From: Eledone cirrhosa
Taxonomy: Eukaryota
Assembly (NCBI GenBank): GCA_964016885.1
Contig: OZ024743.1
Span: forward strand, 299,584,001-299,648,000
Direction of reading: 5' to 3'
Length of the DNA stretch: 64,000 bases
The translations under genes and the position numbers were made by a program. Numbering within the stretch: the first letter of the stretch is position 1; every line of letters begins with the position of its first letter. The notes beneath the pieces are model-generated. The model was not told where the DNA came from, did no database searches, and worked only from the letters and a program-made list of their open reading frames with translations. Below are positions 42,400-56,607 of this stretch, piece by piece.

Positions 42400-43650
42400 T
42401 AATCCTTGGTACGTGGAATGCTCTTACATAAAAGACGACCATTCTACCCTAGAATGGAAAATGATATTTCCTGTTCTGCATAAATATAACATTGAAATTT
42501 ATGCACTCAGAGAAACTTGTCTTCCAGGTAAGTCTCAGCTGGAAAATTTTTTTTTGGGGGGATGCAGCTACCTCTGGATCGATAGCAGTTTAACGTCTAT
42601 CAGTTGTTGGTTTTGTCATGAATTCTTATCTTGTGAAATACCCATGAACTCTTCCTTGCGTAGCCGCTAATCGATTCGGTATGCGCCTCTTTACTGAGAA
42701 AACAATGCTTTTGATTCATTCACCAACTCTTTCACATCGAACATATCTAACACAGAGCAGGCGAAAGAAAAAAAACAAAACAATTATTAACAGTTTAGTT
42801 CGAGCATTTCAATGTTACAAGGAAAGTTCAAATTTATTTTTTCTGGGCGACTTCAATGCTCGAACGGGTACTGTCAATGAGGCATGGCATAGAATTCGTG
42901 ATTTTCAGGGTTTGGGGTGAATGAACTTTGTAGAGATTCACTTCGCAATTACCAATCCATACCACGAGCAGCCAATAATCCACAAGCATCTCGGGTGCAT
43001 CCAATTTAAAAGGATTTGAATATGATTGATTACATAAGAACAGCATGATATTATCGATCTTGACATCAGTTGTTCCTTTCATTGCATCACTTATCGCACG
43101 TTTGAGTATTTAGCGTTCTTCCGATTTGTTCGAAAGAAGCATATAGACAAATCAACGTTCCCAGAGGTCCTCAATGCTTTCCATTGAAATCCAGCTTTAA
43201 TGAGATAATTGTATCTGATCGACTTGGAAATCCTTCAGAAACACAATACATAATTACTCTTCGGTGGGCTTCATGACTGTTTTGATAACAACGCGAATGT
43301 TAATCAGTTTATTAAAACGATACTTGTTTCCAAACAGACCTGGATCAATGATGAAACCCCATAAAAACATCGGAGGATTTAGCAAGTGTAATCTGTTCTC
43401 GGGAAGATTAAGTAGCCACGGTTGTCATATAAATCAGTTAAACTTCAGGAAGCAGCGAACAAGAAGGACTCAAAGATATTCTATGAAGTTCTCAAAAATG
43501 ATAAGGATTCCCCAAAAATGGTTCATCCTCATTTCCTCTGACGAATACGATGGAAAGAGCAATTTGTGTCTATTCTTAATCCAGACTGTCATCGGTGTTA
43601 ATATTATTGATTCTATTGAGCAACGGCCATAAGCTCCAGAGTTGTCCCTT
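42400..43650 (+). pseudogene. Highly decayed APE-type LINE (probably RTE clade) endonuclease region
   Basis: KYNIEIYALRETCLPG, IHSPT, FLGDFNARTG; boundaries approximate. Confidence 0.65.
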
Positions 43651-46600
43651 GAGCGATGCATAAAGTACCATAAAGCAAATATTATCATAAGGTATCATAA
43701 GGTACCATAAAGCAAATATTATCAACGAACCCCATGGTAAGGATGACATAAGACTCAAAATCTCAACTATACCGGTACATATGTGGTACAGAATTGATTT
43801 GAGTTCTTTGACATCATCTGAAACGTTGGGCGTACAAAAATTCGTCAAGACATATTAAGCAGCATGATGTCTTTCATAAGCGATGTGATTTGTTGCGCAA
43901 ATGAAAAGTCATTGGTAACAAAAACAATTGTGAATATCACCTACATGCCTAAAAATATGGATATTGGCAAATTTATTAATATATCATTGACGAGTTAAAT
44001 AAGAGATTAAGAGTGACTTTCACTGGAAGTTTTAAACGTTTTAAGTTTTAAACTTTAACAACATAAGTCAAAACGTACCAAAGGAAGCAAAAGAAAATCA
44101 GAGAATTCATTGCAAGACATATTCAGGTAGGATTGCAAACATTTTCTGAGCATTTGATGAACTGTTTTAATTTAATTATTTGAGGACATACACACTTCAT
44201 CCAAACAGCTGTCAAAATTATGCTGAAATATTACTATGACATTTTGCAACAAAGGAAATCCACTCAGAACTGGAAAGCTGTTAGGACTTGACAACCAACA
44301 CATTCGACTAATTTAGACAATTGCAACTTAAAACATGAAGGTGCCAGGCAATTTCGAATTCAAATATCCCAAAATGTGTCAATTGTGAACACAAACGGCA
44401 AGCAATTATTTTATTAATCGTTTATGTATCAGTAACAGGTGTGGAAATGTATATAATATAAACTTACACCAATAAAACTTTGGTTTCCTGATTAGTAACT
44501 GTAATTTCTCTCTATCATTTTTTCATAAATCTGACTACAGATAAACTATGTTGTATTCATCTAATATGTGAGTTCTTTATATAACCCCCTCCCCCACCTA
44601 AAGAAACAAGAAAATCACGTTCGCACTGACCCAGCTTCACAGCTTTTCGTATTCCGTTGGTAGATCCTCCAAGGTCTTTACACTATTAATATATATTCGA
44701 AATCGTTAAAAATATAAATTCTGTTATCGTATCTTATAAGAATGTTTTCTAGTGAATAAAACGTATTTGCGATATAGTTACATTTAAAGTGGGTTTTAAA
44801 TATTGCGATATGTTATAGTTTTAGGCTCATGGTAAATCAAGGTAACATGTCCGTTTAAATCAGCTGAAAGTAATGCTTTTCATGCAAATGGTTTAGAGAA
44901 TGGAAGACTGGGAGGAATATATTATTCAAAAGAGTTTCTCTGAGTTTATAGTTCTAACCTATACTGAAATCGGTTGTATTGTCGTTAGAATATTAACTAG
45001 TACAAGTAACATATGCCATATTTCTGAGTTACATTCTTGATAATTTGTATTTGAATCGGATTATATTTTCATTAGGTTCTGAATGTGGTTATGCACATTA
45101 TGACTTGGGGTACGAGAGCTAAACTATTTTGGAATTGTAAGTCATCATATTCTTCCAGAAAATAGAAAAATTAATTTTACCTTCACATCGTGATATCTAA
45201 TCGTGGTTAAACTACATTATATTTAATAATGAGTGAGGAAATAGAGCTCGAAATGAAAATAGTGATTTGTACAAAAGTCAGATAAAATAGGGAATAACGG
45301 TTTTAAATCGAGTGCTAGCCATATGGAAATGAAAATAGCAAGTTCAAGTCATTTAAATTATATCGACATTTACAATATTTAATTAGCCAGGAATGCATAA
45401 TTTATATTTTGATAGATAAAGTGTAGTAGAGGATAATTTATCGGTTACAAAAAAATAGGATTTTATATATAGCACACAAAAAAATACATCTTGTAGAAAT
45501 CACTGTTTTTAAATCATTATCGCATACTTGTCAACTCCCCTCGTCCGACGGTGAGATCTTCCACCCACTTTGGAGTGGGGGTGGGTGGTTAGATGTCTTC
45601 TCTTGTGAAATGGGTATAGCTTTCATTATGTACAATCTACCCATTTTGCCACATTTCTCCTCGTTTTGGGGGCACTTTTTTCCATAGTACTTCTCGTTTG
45701 GGTTTTTAGAGGTCAGCTGGTCTGCAATCGCAATAGGTTGATTTTTTTTTGAGATGTATGTATTGATAAAATCTGTATGTTGTGGCTTTTAAATGTATTG
45801 GAAGGACACATTCTTGGGTACAGTGTGGCACCAATCTAATCAGTTAAATGTTAAACTGCTTATAATTCGTACATTGAAAGAGGATATTACAAATATATGT
45901 TTACACGGCTTTGTTTCATTACATGCCTGATAAACATTCACCAGACAATTTCAGATTGTTGACACTACAAATATGGTACGAAATTATTTCAAGCTTTCTT
46001 ATTGTCTCTCAAATTATTATCGTTAAAATTGTTGGTGTTAATCACATTTTGAAAATACTATTCTCGCTTTTAAGACTTAAAAATGCATTCTGAAATTTTT
46101 AATCTTACTTTCAATTAGCTAGGACTCACTTTGGGCTGATAAATGTTCTTTTAGAATTACAAATAATAGATTATTTAACATACACAGTATTACGTGACGT
46201 GATGGGAGCTAATATCAACGATGATAATGATAACATCTTGAACATATTTCCTTCAACTTAGTTTGCGTGTAAATGTGAGCAGAACGGCTAAAACGATTTA
46301 TACATGTATTGGCAATTAATGACCTTAACTGGCGCATAGTTTACTAATATTGGTTACGTCTCATGGACTGATGAAAAATATTGCAAGTGTTCAAGTTGTA
46401 TAGAATATACATGTGCCAATTTATTGAGACAACAATATGATCATTAAATCCGCGATAAGATATAATACGTGAGGAGGCATTCAATAGATAATAGGCACAC
46501 GGTTTCTCTTGTACTAATGAACATGAAACGAGAGTAATAGATCCAGAAACACAATAGTGATAATGAAGAAAATGTTATAATTTGTATGGTACACACAGCA

Positions 46601-47764
46601 ACTTGACACTGTGTTTAGTGTCTCTTTCTTCTATTCTATGCTGCCAAATGTAATTGCTTTACTTGTTCTCCAAATTCGAATAATAAATGCAATATCATAT
46701 CTGCTTGGCTGCCACCACTACTAACATTGAATGCATTTAAATTACAAATACTTCAGTAAACATTACGATCTACTTTCATGCCATATAATTCGTATTTTTT
46801 TTTCTCAGTTAATTCACACCTTTCTTCCTTGAAATCGTTAAGCATCCCGTTATATTGAAATTTGATTAAGGTTATTAAAACAAACATTCATTGAGCTATC
46901 AAATCTTTACTAATTGTTTGCCTAGAGCGTTCCTTAGATATATTCTCAATGGTCTGCAAAGTCTTATTTCATACTCAAATTGAATATGGTTTCTTCCGCT
47001 TAGTTTCTATTGAATAGAATCTTATTAAATGATAATATCGTTAAAGGTTTGTCTTTGGCAAGTGGCAAGGTTTTGATTGTGAATATAGTTATCTTTCTAG
47101 TACGGTGTTCGTAGTTATTTAAGAAATTTTCACTGATAAATTGATGGTGTTGAAAAGGGCTGCTATCAATGAAATAAATCTTTTATACTAACTAATTGAT
47201 CAGGAATATAATCATTCACTTAAAATATCCGAGTCATTATAACTTCCATAAACATTTTCGTTTTCAAAGAAAACAAATTAAAATCCTTAGGCAGGTTCTG
47301 CTGATTATTATCGATCCTACTTTTAAGTATTTGAGACAGAATGACGTATTGCAAAGCATGTGAGCGCCATCCTTTCCATCTGACTAAACCCATACCATAT
47401 AAAATAAGACGTCTTCTACCCAGAGTACTATATAGCAACATAGTTTCTATTTCTAAACGTAACGTTGCTGTGCCTCACTCATTCACTCTCTTTATATCAA
47501 AAAGAAATATACGAAAGCCCCAGTCTCATTATGCTCATGCAGTCGCGGGGCGCAGCCCTTCTACCGCCAAGCTCGTGGTCCAAAGCCCAATCATCCTCCC
47601 CTTCACCCTCTCCTCTATTCTGCAACACTAAAGTTCTTGCCATCCCACCTACAGTTTTTTTCTTTCTTTTGCTCTTTTGCTCTATATTTTCCTATTTTTT
47701 TTTCCTTTCCCTTTTTATTATTGTTATTATTGTTTTCATCAAATATTATCATTATTATTAATTT

Positions 47765-47891
47765 TTATTATTATTATTATTGTTCTTTGAGTCTCAGTCA
47801 TTGATGTTATTTAACTGGAAAGTTTGTTGAAATGAATATCAAGCCGCTACCTGCAGCCTCAGATATTCAGGACCTATCGGAGTATTATTAT
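47765..47891 (-). mobile_element. 3' tip of R4/Dong family A, ATT tracts on both sides
   Basis: Near-identical to 49945-50058. Confidence 0.9.
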
Positions 47892-48077
47892 TGGATTGGC
47901 AGTATCGGTAGAGAGTCGGACACCATGCTTTGCAGCATAGAGTTTCGGTCCTTTATGGTCTGAGTTCAAATCCCGCCGAGGTTAACTTTGCCTTTCATCC
48001 TTACAGGGTCGATATAATAAAGTACCAGTAATGCACTGAATAATTGCTGGCCTTGTGCCAAAAGTAGAAACAATTAT
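47892..48077 (+). mobile_element. S1 SINE
   Basis: tggattggcagtatcggtag...gagttcaaatcccgccgagg...gaaacaatt. Confidence 0.92.
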
Positions 48078-48129
48078 AATTGTTATTTTTGTTTTCTTTC
48101 ACAATTGTTTGAGATATATACCGAGTGTC

Positions 48130-49930
48130 TTACTGACACTTAGGGCAAATAAATTCACAGCGAGCATTGGCAAACCAGTTAATACAGCACATTGATTATA
48201 CTTTAAAAAGAAACAAAAAAAAACAGTATACATATACACACATGTGCATATGTGAATACAAGGAGGGATATCAATCTTACAGAGATAGTGGTCTTCTCAA
48301 TACGTGTGCAGTACCAGTCAAAACAATTTTTTGCACCTCGTGCAAAGGGGGTAAACCAGGAATAATTCGCAAATATTGTTCTTTTCCTTTCTTGATCATT
48401 CCCAATCCTCCCACAATCACTGGTATTGTAACGGCTTTGAGGTGCCATATTTTCTCAATTTCAATAAGCAGATCTTTATATTTTCGTAGCTTGTCAAATT
48501 CTTTTGCCGCGATATTCCCAGAGAATTGTTACTTTTTCTCCTTCATTTACAGCCTCAGGGTGATGATTGTACCATTTGTCTTCAGCTTTGATTTTGTAAT
48601 GCCGACATATTACCCAGTGTAGATATTGGCCAACTCTGTCATGTCTATATTTGTATTCTACTGGTGCTAAAACTTTACATCCAGAGACTAAGTGATCTAC
48701 TGTTTCAACCCCAGCATTGCCGAATCGGCAGTTTGGGTTTATTCCGTTTTTCATCACATTGGTCTGGTAATTACGATTCAATAAGCTTTGATCTTGGGCA
48801 GCTAAGATGAAGCCTTCACTCTCCGCCTTTAGCCCTTAACTCCGTCGTCACTGATGGGTGTGCTTTTGGTCAACATCAGCTTGTCTGCTACGGGCCACAT
48901 ATTTGACATGCAGAGGTTTGTCCTTGCCCTTTTGCTTTTGCCAGTGATTTTATGTGCCTAGCAGCATCAGTTGCAACAGTATTTTAGTCTGTCCAGCCTG
49001 GGTATCAAGCATGAGATCAGTAGCATATTTTTTGCTCTCCTTCAAGATAGAATGAAGCTTCTTACTTCTCTCTAGCTTTTCAACAAGTTTCAGCATACAG
49101 TCGTTAGTTGTTTCAAGTTATTTTACCAGTCCAAAGATGATGGTCTTGTAAGCAAGTTCAAATTGGATCAGGCCATGGCCTTCTTGAGTTCTAGGAAGGT
49201 AAAGACAATCCACATCTGCGTTTGGGTGATGCATTCTATTACAGGTCAGTAGCTTACGGACTTTGGTGTCGATTCTTTTGATTTCACTCATATTCCAGTT
49301 CAACACACCGAAGCTATAAGTGACAACTGGGACTGCCAAGGAATTTATGGCTAGCACCTTGTTACGAGCGTTTAGTTGTGATCTCAGAACTGCACGTACT
49401 CTTCTGTAACATTCTTTCCTTATCCTCTCTTTCACACTTGCATGATATGCCAGAGCCCTCATTAATCCCTAAGTATTTATAGGTTTGTTCCTGCTCAAGT
49501 TCCTTTATGATGGTTTCAGCATTCAATTCAACTGAGTCTGAGTTGACAAGCTTCCCCTTCTTGAAAGTGGCTTTTGCACACTTGTCAAGTCCAAGCTCCA
49601 TCCTGATGTCATTGCTAAACGTTTTTACTGTCCGCAAAAGGCCTTCCAGTTCGTCATTATCTTTGCAATATAGCTTCAAATCATCCATATAAAATAGGTG
49701 GCTTATTTTTTTTGTTGTCAATTCCATAACCGTAGCCTGTTCTATTAAGCTCGGATGTAAGGGGTTTTAAAGCTATGCAGACAAGCAAGGGTGAAAGTGA
49801 GTCACCGTGGAATATACCACAGTTGATGTTTATATTCCCAGAGCACAGTACCCCAGTGGAATGAGACAATTGGAGATTTGTGTTCCATAATGACATATTG
49901 TGTTTCAGGAAGTTTGAGAACACAGGTGAG
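48130..49930 (-). mobile_element. 5'-truncated R4/Dong-type LINE family B
   Basis: [61 protein letters not shown]. Confidence 0.9.
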
Positions 49931-52900
49931 ATTATTATTATTGTTATTATTATTATTGTTCTTTGAGTCTCAGTCATTGATGTTATTTAACTGGAAAGTT
50001 TGTTGAAATGAATATCAACCCACTACCTGCAGCCTCAGATATTCAGGACGTATCGGAGCGTTCTTGCTGTTCCCAGCAAGCATGCCTTTTGAAGTGTTCC
50101 AAAAAGCAGGGTGGGACATATTTTCTTTAACCATCCTTGGAAACTCTTTGAGATAGTACCTAGTGCGCCTATGACAATCGGGACCACTTTGACCTCATGG
50201 CAGTTCCAAATCCTTTTTACCTCCCACTTTAATCCTGGTATCGGTTAATTTTCTCCCTCTCCTTCTCTTGCACTCTCGTGTTGAATGGGCAGGCCACATC
50301 CACAATCAGGCACGATCTTTTTTCTTTGTCCAAAACCACCAGGTCAGGTCTATTGTGTTCCAGTTTCTTGTCCGTCTGTTACCTAAAATCCCACAGCACC
50401 TTCACCTGATCGTTTTCTATCTCCGACTCTGCCTTATGCTCATACCACTTCTCAGAATGTGGTAAATTGTTTACTTTGCATAGGTGCCAGTGGATCACCC
50501 TGCCCGTCACATCATGTCTCCATCCTTTACAGTGAGTCTGGGCTAGGTGTTTACACTCGGATACAATGTGAGCCACAGTCTCCTCTCTCTCTCTACAGAT
50601 CCTGCACAGTGGGCTAACCTCCTCCTTGTAAATATGGTGTTTCAACTACTTCGTTTTGAGGGCCTGCTCTTGCGCAGCCATTAACATTCCTTCTGTAGCC
50701 TTTTTAAGGTCTCCTCTTTTCAACCAGTTCCATGTCTGTGGATCTCTGAATTCAGTTTTCTCAAAGAAGGTACTATGAAGGGATTTTTCCTGAAGGCTGC
50801 TCTTTCTCCTTGTTATTTCCTCCTTGGACTTACCCTGATCTATTGTCCTCTCCTTCAGTACAGTTCTTAGCATTGGCTCCTTACTATCAGTCACATATTT
50901 GTGTAGGTTGTTTTTCTCCATCTGAACACAGTCCTCTATGCTGATAAGACCTCTTCCACCTTCAGATCTCCTTAAGTAGAGTCTATCGACATCACTCCTC
51001 TTGTGGAACATGTTGTAGATAGTCAATAGCTTCCTAGTCTTCCTATCCATTTCTTTTTGTTCAGCAACATTCCATCTCAGAATTCCCGCACTGTACCTAA
51101 TAATAGACACAGCTCGGGAATTTACTGCACTTATGGCATTCCTACTGTTCAGATGCGACTTTAATACGCTCCTTACTCTCCGAATGTATTCAGATCTTAT
51201 CAATTCCTTCATTTTTTTGTTCTTGATGTCATCAGCCTCCAGAACACCCAAATACTTGTATCCTTCTTCAGTGTCAATTTCCTTTATCATCTCACCTGTT
51301 GGTACCTGGATTCCGTTGCTTCTGCTCAATTTACCCTCTTCATCACAAGGACTCCACACTTACTAATACCAAATTGCATACATATATCATTGCTGAAAAT
51401 ACGGAGTGTCAACAAGCACATCCAACTCCTACTCACTCTTCCGGAAGAGCTTAAGATCGTCCATGAAGAGGAGGTGATTGATGGTAAGCTCTCCCTTTCC
51501 TAACTTGTATCCTGCTCTCACTTTTCGCAGTATAATGGTCAGGGGCATCAGGGCAAGGACAAACAACAGAGGGGACAGACTATCTCCCTGGAAGATACCT
51601 CTCTTGATCTTCACGTCTCCCAATGATTCTCTAGCCGATGTTAACTCTGTTTTCCAGGACTTCATACTTTTGCCCAACAACTGTCTGATGTTATCTGACA
51701 CCTTGAAGATCTCTAGGCTTTTGGTGATCCAAGAGTGAGGCACCATGTCAAATGCCTTTTTGTAGTCTATCCATCCCATGGCAAGACCAGTGTGACTCCT
51801 CTTGCAATTCCTCATTACCATCTTATCAATAAGTAACTGGTCCTTTTTACCACGGGACTTCTTTCGGCATCCTTTCTGTTCGTCCGGTAACAAGTTGTTT
51901 GTGTGGAAGTGATGGTAGATTTCCTTAGACATAATTGTTTCTACTATTGGCACAAGGCCAGATAATTACCCAGTACATTACTGGTACTTTATTTTATCGA
52001 CCCCGTAAGGATGAAAGGCAAAGTTAACCTCGGCGGGATTTGAACTCAGAATGGCAAGGGCCGTAACTCTATGCGTCAAAGCATGGCGTCCGAACCTCTA
52101 CCGATACTGCCAATCCACCGCCAGATTTCCTTAGACATAATGCTTGTCAACAGTTTCCACATTACAGACAGACATGTGATAGGTCTATAGTTGGTAACAT
52201 CATTACCCTTGATTCGGTCCTTCATTACCAGAACTGTGGTAGCTTTTGTCAACCACTCTGGTACCTCACCTGACATCAAGCAGTCATTGAACATGGTTGT
52301 CAGTTTCGGGTGGAGGGATGTTATATTTTTAATCCAATACCCCTGCACAGTATCTGGGCCTGGTGATTTCCAGTTGGCTAGTTTTTTGACCTGCCCCTTA
52401 AGAGTTTCAACTGTGATACTCAAATGAGTTTGTTGGTGTGCCTGTCCACTAATCTCCTTTTGTACTGTCTCAATCCACACAGCCTGGTCATTATGTTTAA
52501 CATCCTGCTCCCATAATCCTGTCCAGAATGTTTTAGTTTGTTCCGCCTCAGGGATCAAGTCGTTGCCTCTTTCTTTACCTTCAAGCTGTCCAAACAGCAT
52601 CTTCTGGTTCTTGTCAAACATGAGGTTCTGTCTATACTGACTGACTCTGCTCTCGTATCGCCTAATTTTTGCACTCTTTGCTACAATGCGTTGCTTCAGT
52701 TCCTCTATGATAATATTTAGCTTTTTTCTCCTAGTTTTGTACTTTATTTCCAGTCTAATTTTAGTGTCTATTTTTTTTTAGTGTCCCATTAAGTAGGGAA
52801 TCAAGCTTTCCAATGTCATTTCTCATTTCCCTGATTTGACCATTGAGTCGTTTCTTCCACCAAGGATCTGATCTTTCTTGTTTGTTGTTTCCTCTCGCTT

Positions 52901-54040
52901 TTATACCAAGTAATTTCTCCACCGCATTTGCTGTTGCTTTGAGGATATTGTTGCACTGGTGAAGGCTCCTCGCCTCAAGGTATGGGATGACTTTGTTTAC
53001 CTTAGCTGTTGTTTCTTTTAACTTTTTACTGTCTACAAATCTTAGGTTCATAGGTTTCCCACTATCATTGTTCAATTCATCTACCACTAAGTTTAGGATA
53101 TCAACCAAATCTTGTCCTAGCCCGTCAGCATTCTTCTCCTCAATGGCCGTATCTTTGTTCCAGGTATTATTTATTTCAGCATTCAGATCATTGTCTGCTT
53201 CGGATGGTTCCTCCGTTCTCTCAACCACTTCACCTTCATTTCCCACTGGCTCATTTGCCTGGCATACTCCACTCTCCATTTCCAACCTAATCTCTCTGCT
53301 CAGTTCCTCCAGTTCCAGCTCGCTTATCCACCCATTAGTTCTTATTACCCGAGCCTGCCCGGCCAATTTTTGTTCATCTAATTTAAATAGACCAATCTCG
53401 TTCCAGATGTTATGCATCCGTTTTCTATAGCCTTTCTCCTTGGGGTTTCTCTTCAGGTAACATTGCATAACAGTTCTATTCAATTCTTTCGTTCAGTTGG
53501 TTCTGGTCCCTTTCCTTCTTCTTCTTCCTCCGACACCAGCAGTATTTGGTTGACAGCCAGGTCCCTACTGCTGAGCCAGGGAGCACCTGCTGGGTGAGAG
53601 TCTGTCACATGACATTCTAGTCTCCACTTCACCGTTATTCGAACTGTTTAGGTTCGACATTTAAACACTCTTATCAAGGATTGGTGAATGTATGGTTACA
53701 TAACCACCGGTGATTTCATCACTCCCGGTGATATTTGTGTTGCACTATCACGCTGTAGATGAACATAAATAATCACACAAACAAATAGGCAAACAAAAAA
53801 AAAACGAAAAGAATAAGCATAAATTTCATTTAATGTAATGTTTGAATGTCTGACTTAGTTTTTCCCTTCCCTTCTGTGTCCGTCTGTTTGTTTTTCTTTT
53901 CATTTTTCTTTTCTTTACGGTTTTCGTTGTTGCTGTGCGACTTTGATTTTGATTTTTGTCTTTTTGATTTTTTGACCGGGTCATCAAATCAGTCTATTTA
54001 TATATTTTGAACCTTCCTCTTTTAGTGGGGACACTACGAT
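49931..54040 (-). mobile_element. Near-full-length R4/Dong-type (RLE) LINE family A, the best-preserved copy, carrying a SINE insertion
   Basis: Single ORF from ~53661 to stop 50035-50037, with few disablements: [61 protein letters not shown]; (AAT)n tail at 49931-49957; 5' end uncertain (next ATT tract 54187-54225). Confidence 0.93.
51936..52122 (-). mobile_element. S1 SINE, full length, inserted in the Dong RT with a perfect 19-bp TSD
   Basis: agatttccttagacataat at 51917-51935 and 52123-52141. Confidence 0.96.
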
Positions 54041-54186
54041 GCATGTCTTAGGAGGAGGTAGTGCGAGAGAATTCGGAGGTAGTGATAATGAGGCAGTGGT
54101 GGTGGTAGTGGTGGTGCTGTACTAGTAGAAGTTGAGGTAACTTGGCTAGAGTTTTTAGCGTGGTAGTGGTGGTGGTGTTGGTGGTG

Positions 54187-54225
<39 letters not shown>

Positions 54226-54517
54226 GCTGTTGTTGCTGTTGTTGTAAATAAAATTATTAATCTAATCATAAATGTTAACATATATATTTTAATAAAGCAC
54301 CAATACACAACTTTATAAATTATAAGGCCATTTTGTACGTAGTAAAAACGAAAATATTGCCTCACAGCCCATAGTAGAGAATGCTTTCTTACAAATAAAA
54401 AGTCAGTGCAAATAAATACTTATATAGAGCTAAAATTGAGGGGATATTTCTAATGACAATTCTATTTGTCAATATTAGTTTTGAATACACAATAAAGTGC
54501 AACATACAAAATATAAT

Positions 54518-54611
54518 AATTGTTTCTACTTTTGGCACAAGGCCAGCAATTATTCCAGTTGATTACTGGTACTTTACTTTATCGACCCCGTAAGGATGAA
54601 AGGCAAAGTTC
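54518..54611 (-). mobile_element. S1 SINE, 5'-truncated
   Basis: S1 3' end and central domain only. Confidence 0.88.
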
Positions 54612-55131
54612 AAAATAGTTTGCAATACTGTTCTTCTTTAATTTAAAAAAAACAGAGTATTTTGTGAATTATGATTAATGGTACATAAGCATCAATTATG
54701 TTTGATGTTTGGTATTTACAGAAATTCCTACACTGTAATCTGGTGTGGCCTAATTTCATCAAATGTTTATTCTCACCACACGTCCTTTTGGCTGATCTAC
54801 TCTCCTGTGTCAACAGTGGGTATACAAAAGGCGCCTGACCTGTGATACTCTTCTAGGGGCGACGGGTAAATCTATTAGTTAAACTCCTATAGAAGAGAGT
54901 AGAAAGCCAGAATGCCGATGCCCGCATGGTAATCTATACATCGATTAAAGGACTTAAACGTCTTTATTTCAGGAAATATTTCGTTTGGGATAACGAATAA
55001 TAGTCGAAAGTGCTCTGGATTTAGGATGTTACAATTGAACGCGACCGGATCGAAAGGAGTTTAGAGGCTCTGGCATATTAGGACTATCAGTTGAACATTT
55101 CCGAGATAGAAGCTGAACTAGGAAACTATCC

Positions 55132-55233
55132 ACATACAGAAAGGATCTTAATACATTTAGGACTGATCTGTATGCATTTAGGACTGATACATACGGAAAG
55201 GATCTTAATACATTTAGGACTGATCTGTATGCA
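55132..55233. repeat. 45-bp direct duplication with a 12-bp templated spacer
   Basis: acatac(a/g)gaaaggatcttaatacatttaggactgatctgtatgca twice; spacer tttaggactgat copied from inside the unit. Confidence 0.9.
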
Positions 55234-56309
55234 AGTCAAATAGGTTGTAAAGATTAATGAGGCACCTTAATGTTTATGATAAACATCACCTTGGTACAGT
55301 GAAAAAATTCTAATTTCAAAACCTGTTATAGAGTAAAGCAATCACACAATCACAGTATTTATTAAAATTGAAATTAGAACGAAGGAAGCCGACGCAGGCA
55401 AAGATCGGATTAGAGTACACACACAAAAAAAGCATAAATGAATATCTTAAGTCGGTTCATTCACCATTCTTTTTTTATTTTAAATGTAATAGTGAAGGAA
55501 AGGTGCTACACTAGAAACAAAATCATTCTGATTAGTCTAGGGAAAAGTTCGTAAGGCTGTTTTGGTTTCGTTTTTTTTTCTTCTTTTAAAATCACTCGGT
55601 TAAGCTGAAATGATTATCGTTGTTAACCGTAGAGCTTTTCAATTTATCGTCTGCCCCTTCCATCTGCCATCCCCCGTCCATTCAAGCTCTGCGCCATAAA
55701 CCACGTGACTTCATCTGCTTGCGGATAGGCGGCAACCCATTAGAAGGATGTAAGGTTGCGAAATAGTTGCAACATAGGATGTACCAATAAGCAATCGCAG
55801 ACAGGAGAACGGAAGGCCTCACAGCTCTAGCAGCTTCTCGACTATAAATTGGTGCAGTTATACTATGAAGGACTTGTGTCAGGGCGAGTCAGAACTACCC
55901 GAATATCCCTTTCCCCGTATCCATTGGTTAAATGTTAACTCAAATCTAGGTATCTGCTCATAATTTGACGTCTCCCTAGTCAGTTCAACATTTACGACTT
56001 TTGATACTCGGCGGTAAGCTGTCTGTCTTCATGAAATTATTTCTACTTATAGCCTCTTCAAAAATTGCAATATTTTGGACTCACAGCTAGTAACTTACTC
56101 TCACGAAAAAAAAAACCTTAGCTACGAGAATATTTCTAAGTGCCACAAATGGAAACAAAAACTGTATGTGGATGAAAGCCTCTCTGAGAAAACTGGCACC
56201 CCGAAATTTAGAGTCCTGCCGGGGAAATATCTTACACGTTCTAGATACTGGAACGCACGAACGGTGTTCCAAAACACACCCACCTACACACACGCACACG
56301 CACACACGC

Positions 56310-56314
56310 ATATA

Positions 56315-56375
<61 letters not shown>

Positions 56376-56564
56376 GTATATGTGTATATATATGTATGTA
56401 TATATGTATGTATATATATGTATATATGTATGTATATATATGTATATATGTATGTATATATATGTATATATGTATGTATATATATGTATATATGTATATA
56501 TATGTATATATATGTATGTATGTATATATATGTATATATGTATATATATGTATATATGATTATT

Positions 56565-56607
<43 letters not shown>

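Noticed and set aside
43730-44480. Possible hAT transposase remnant (YIIDELNKRL-like peptide)
   Set aside because: One short motif among many stops and no TIRs found.
46366-46400. ctgatga motif
   Set aside because: No stem II or GAAA downstream.
54040-54186. Possible 5' ribozyme of the Dong-type LINE
   Set aside because: Mostly degenerate (CAC)n on the minus strand; only a cactac/gtagtg hairpin and no HDV fold.
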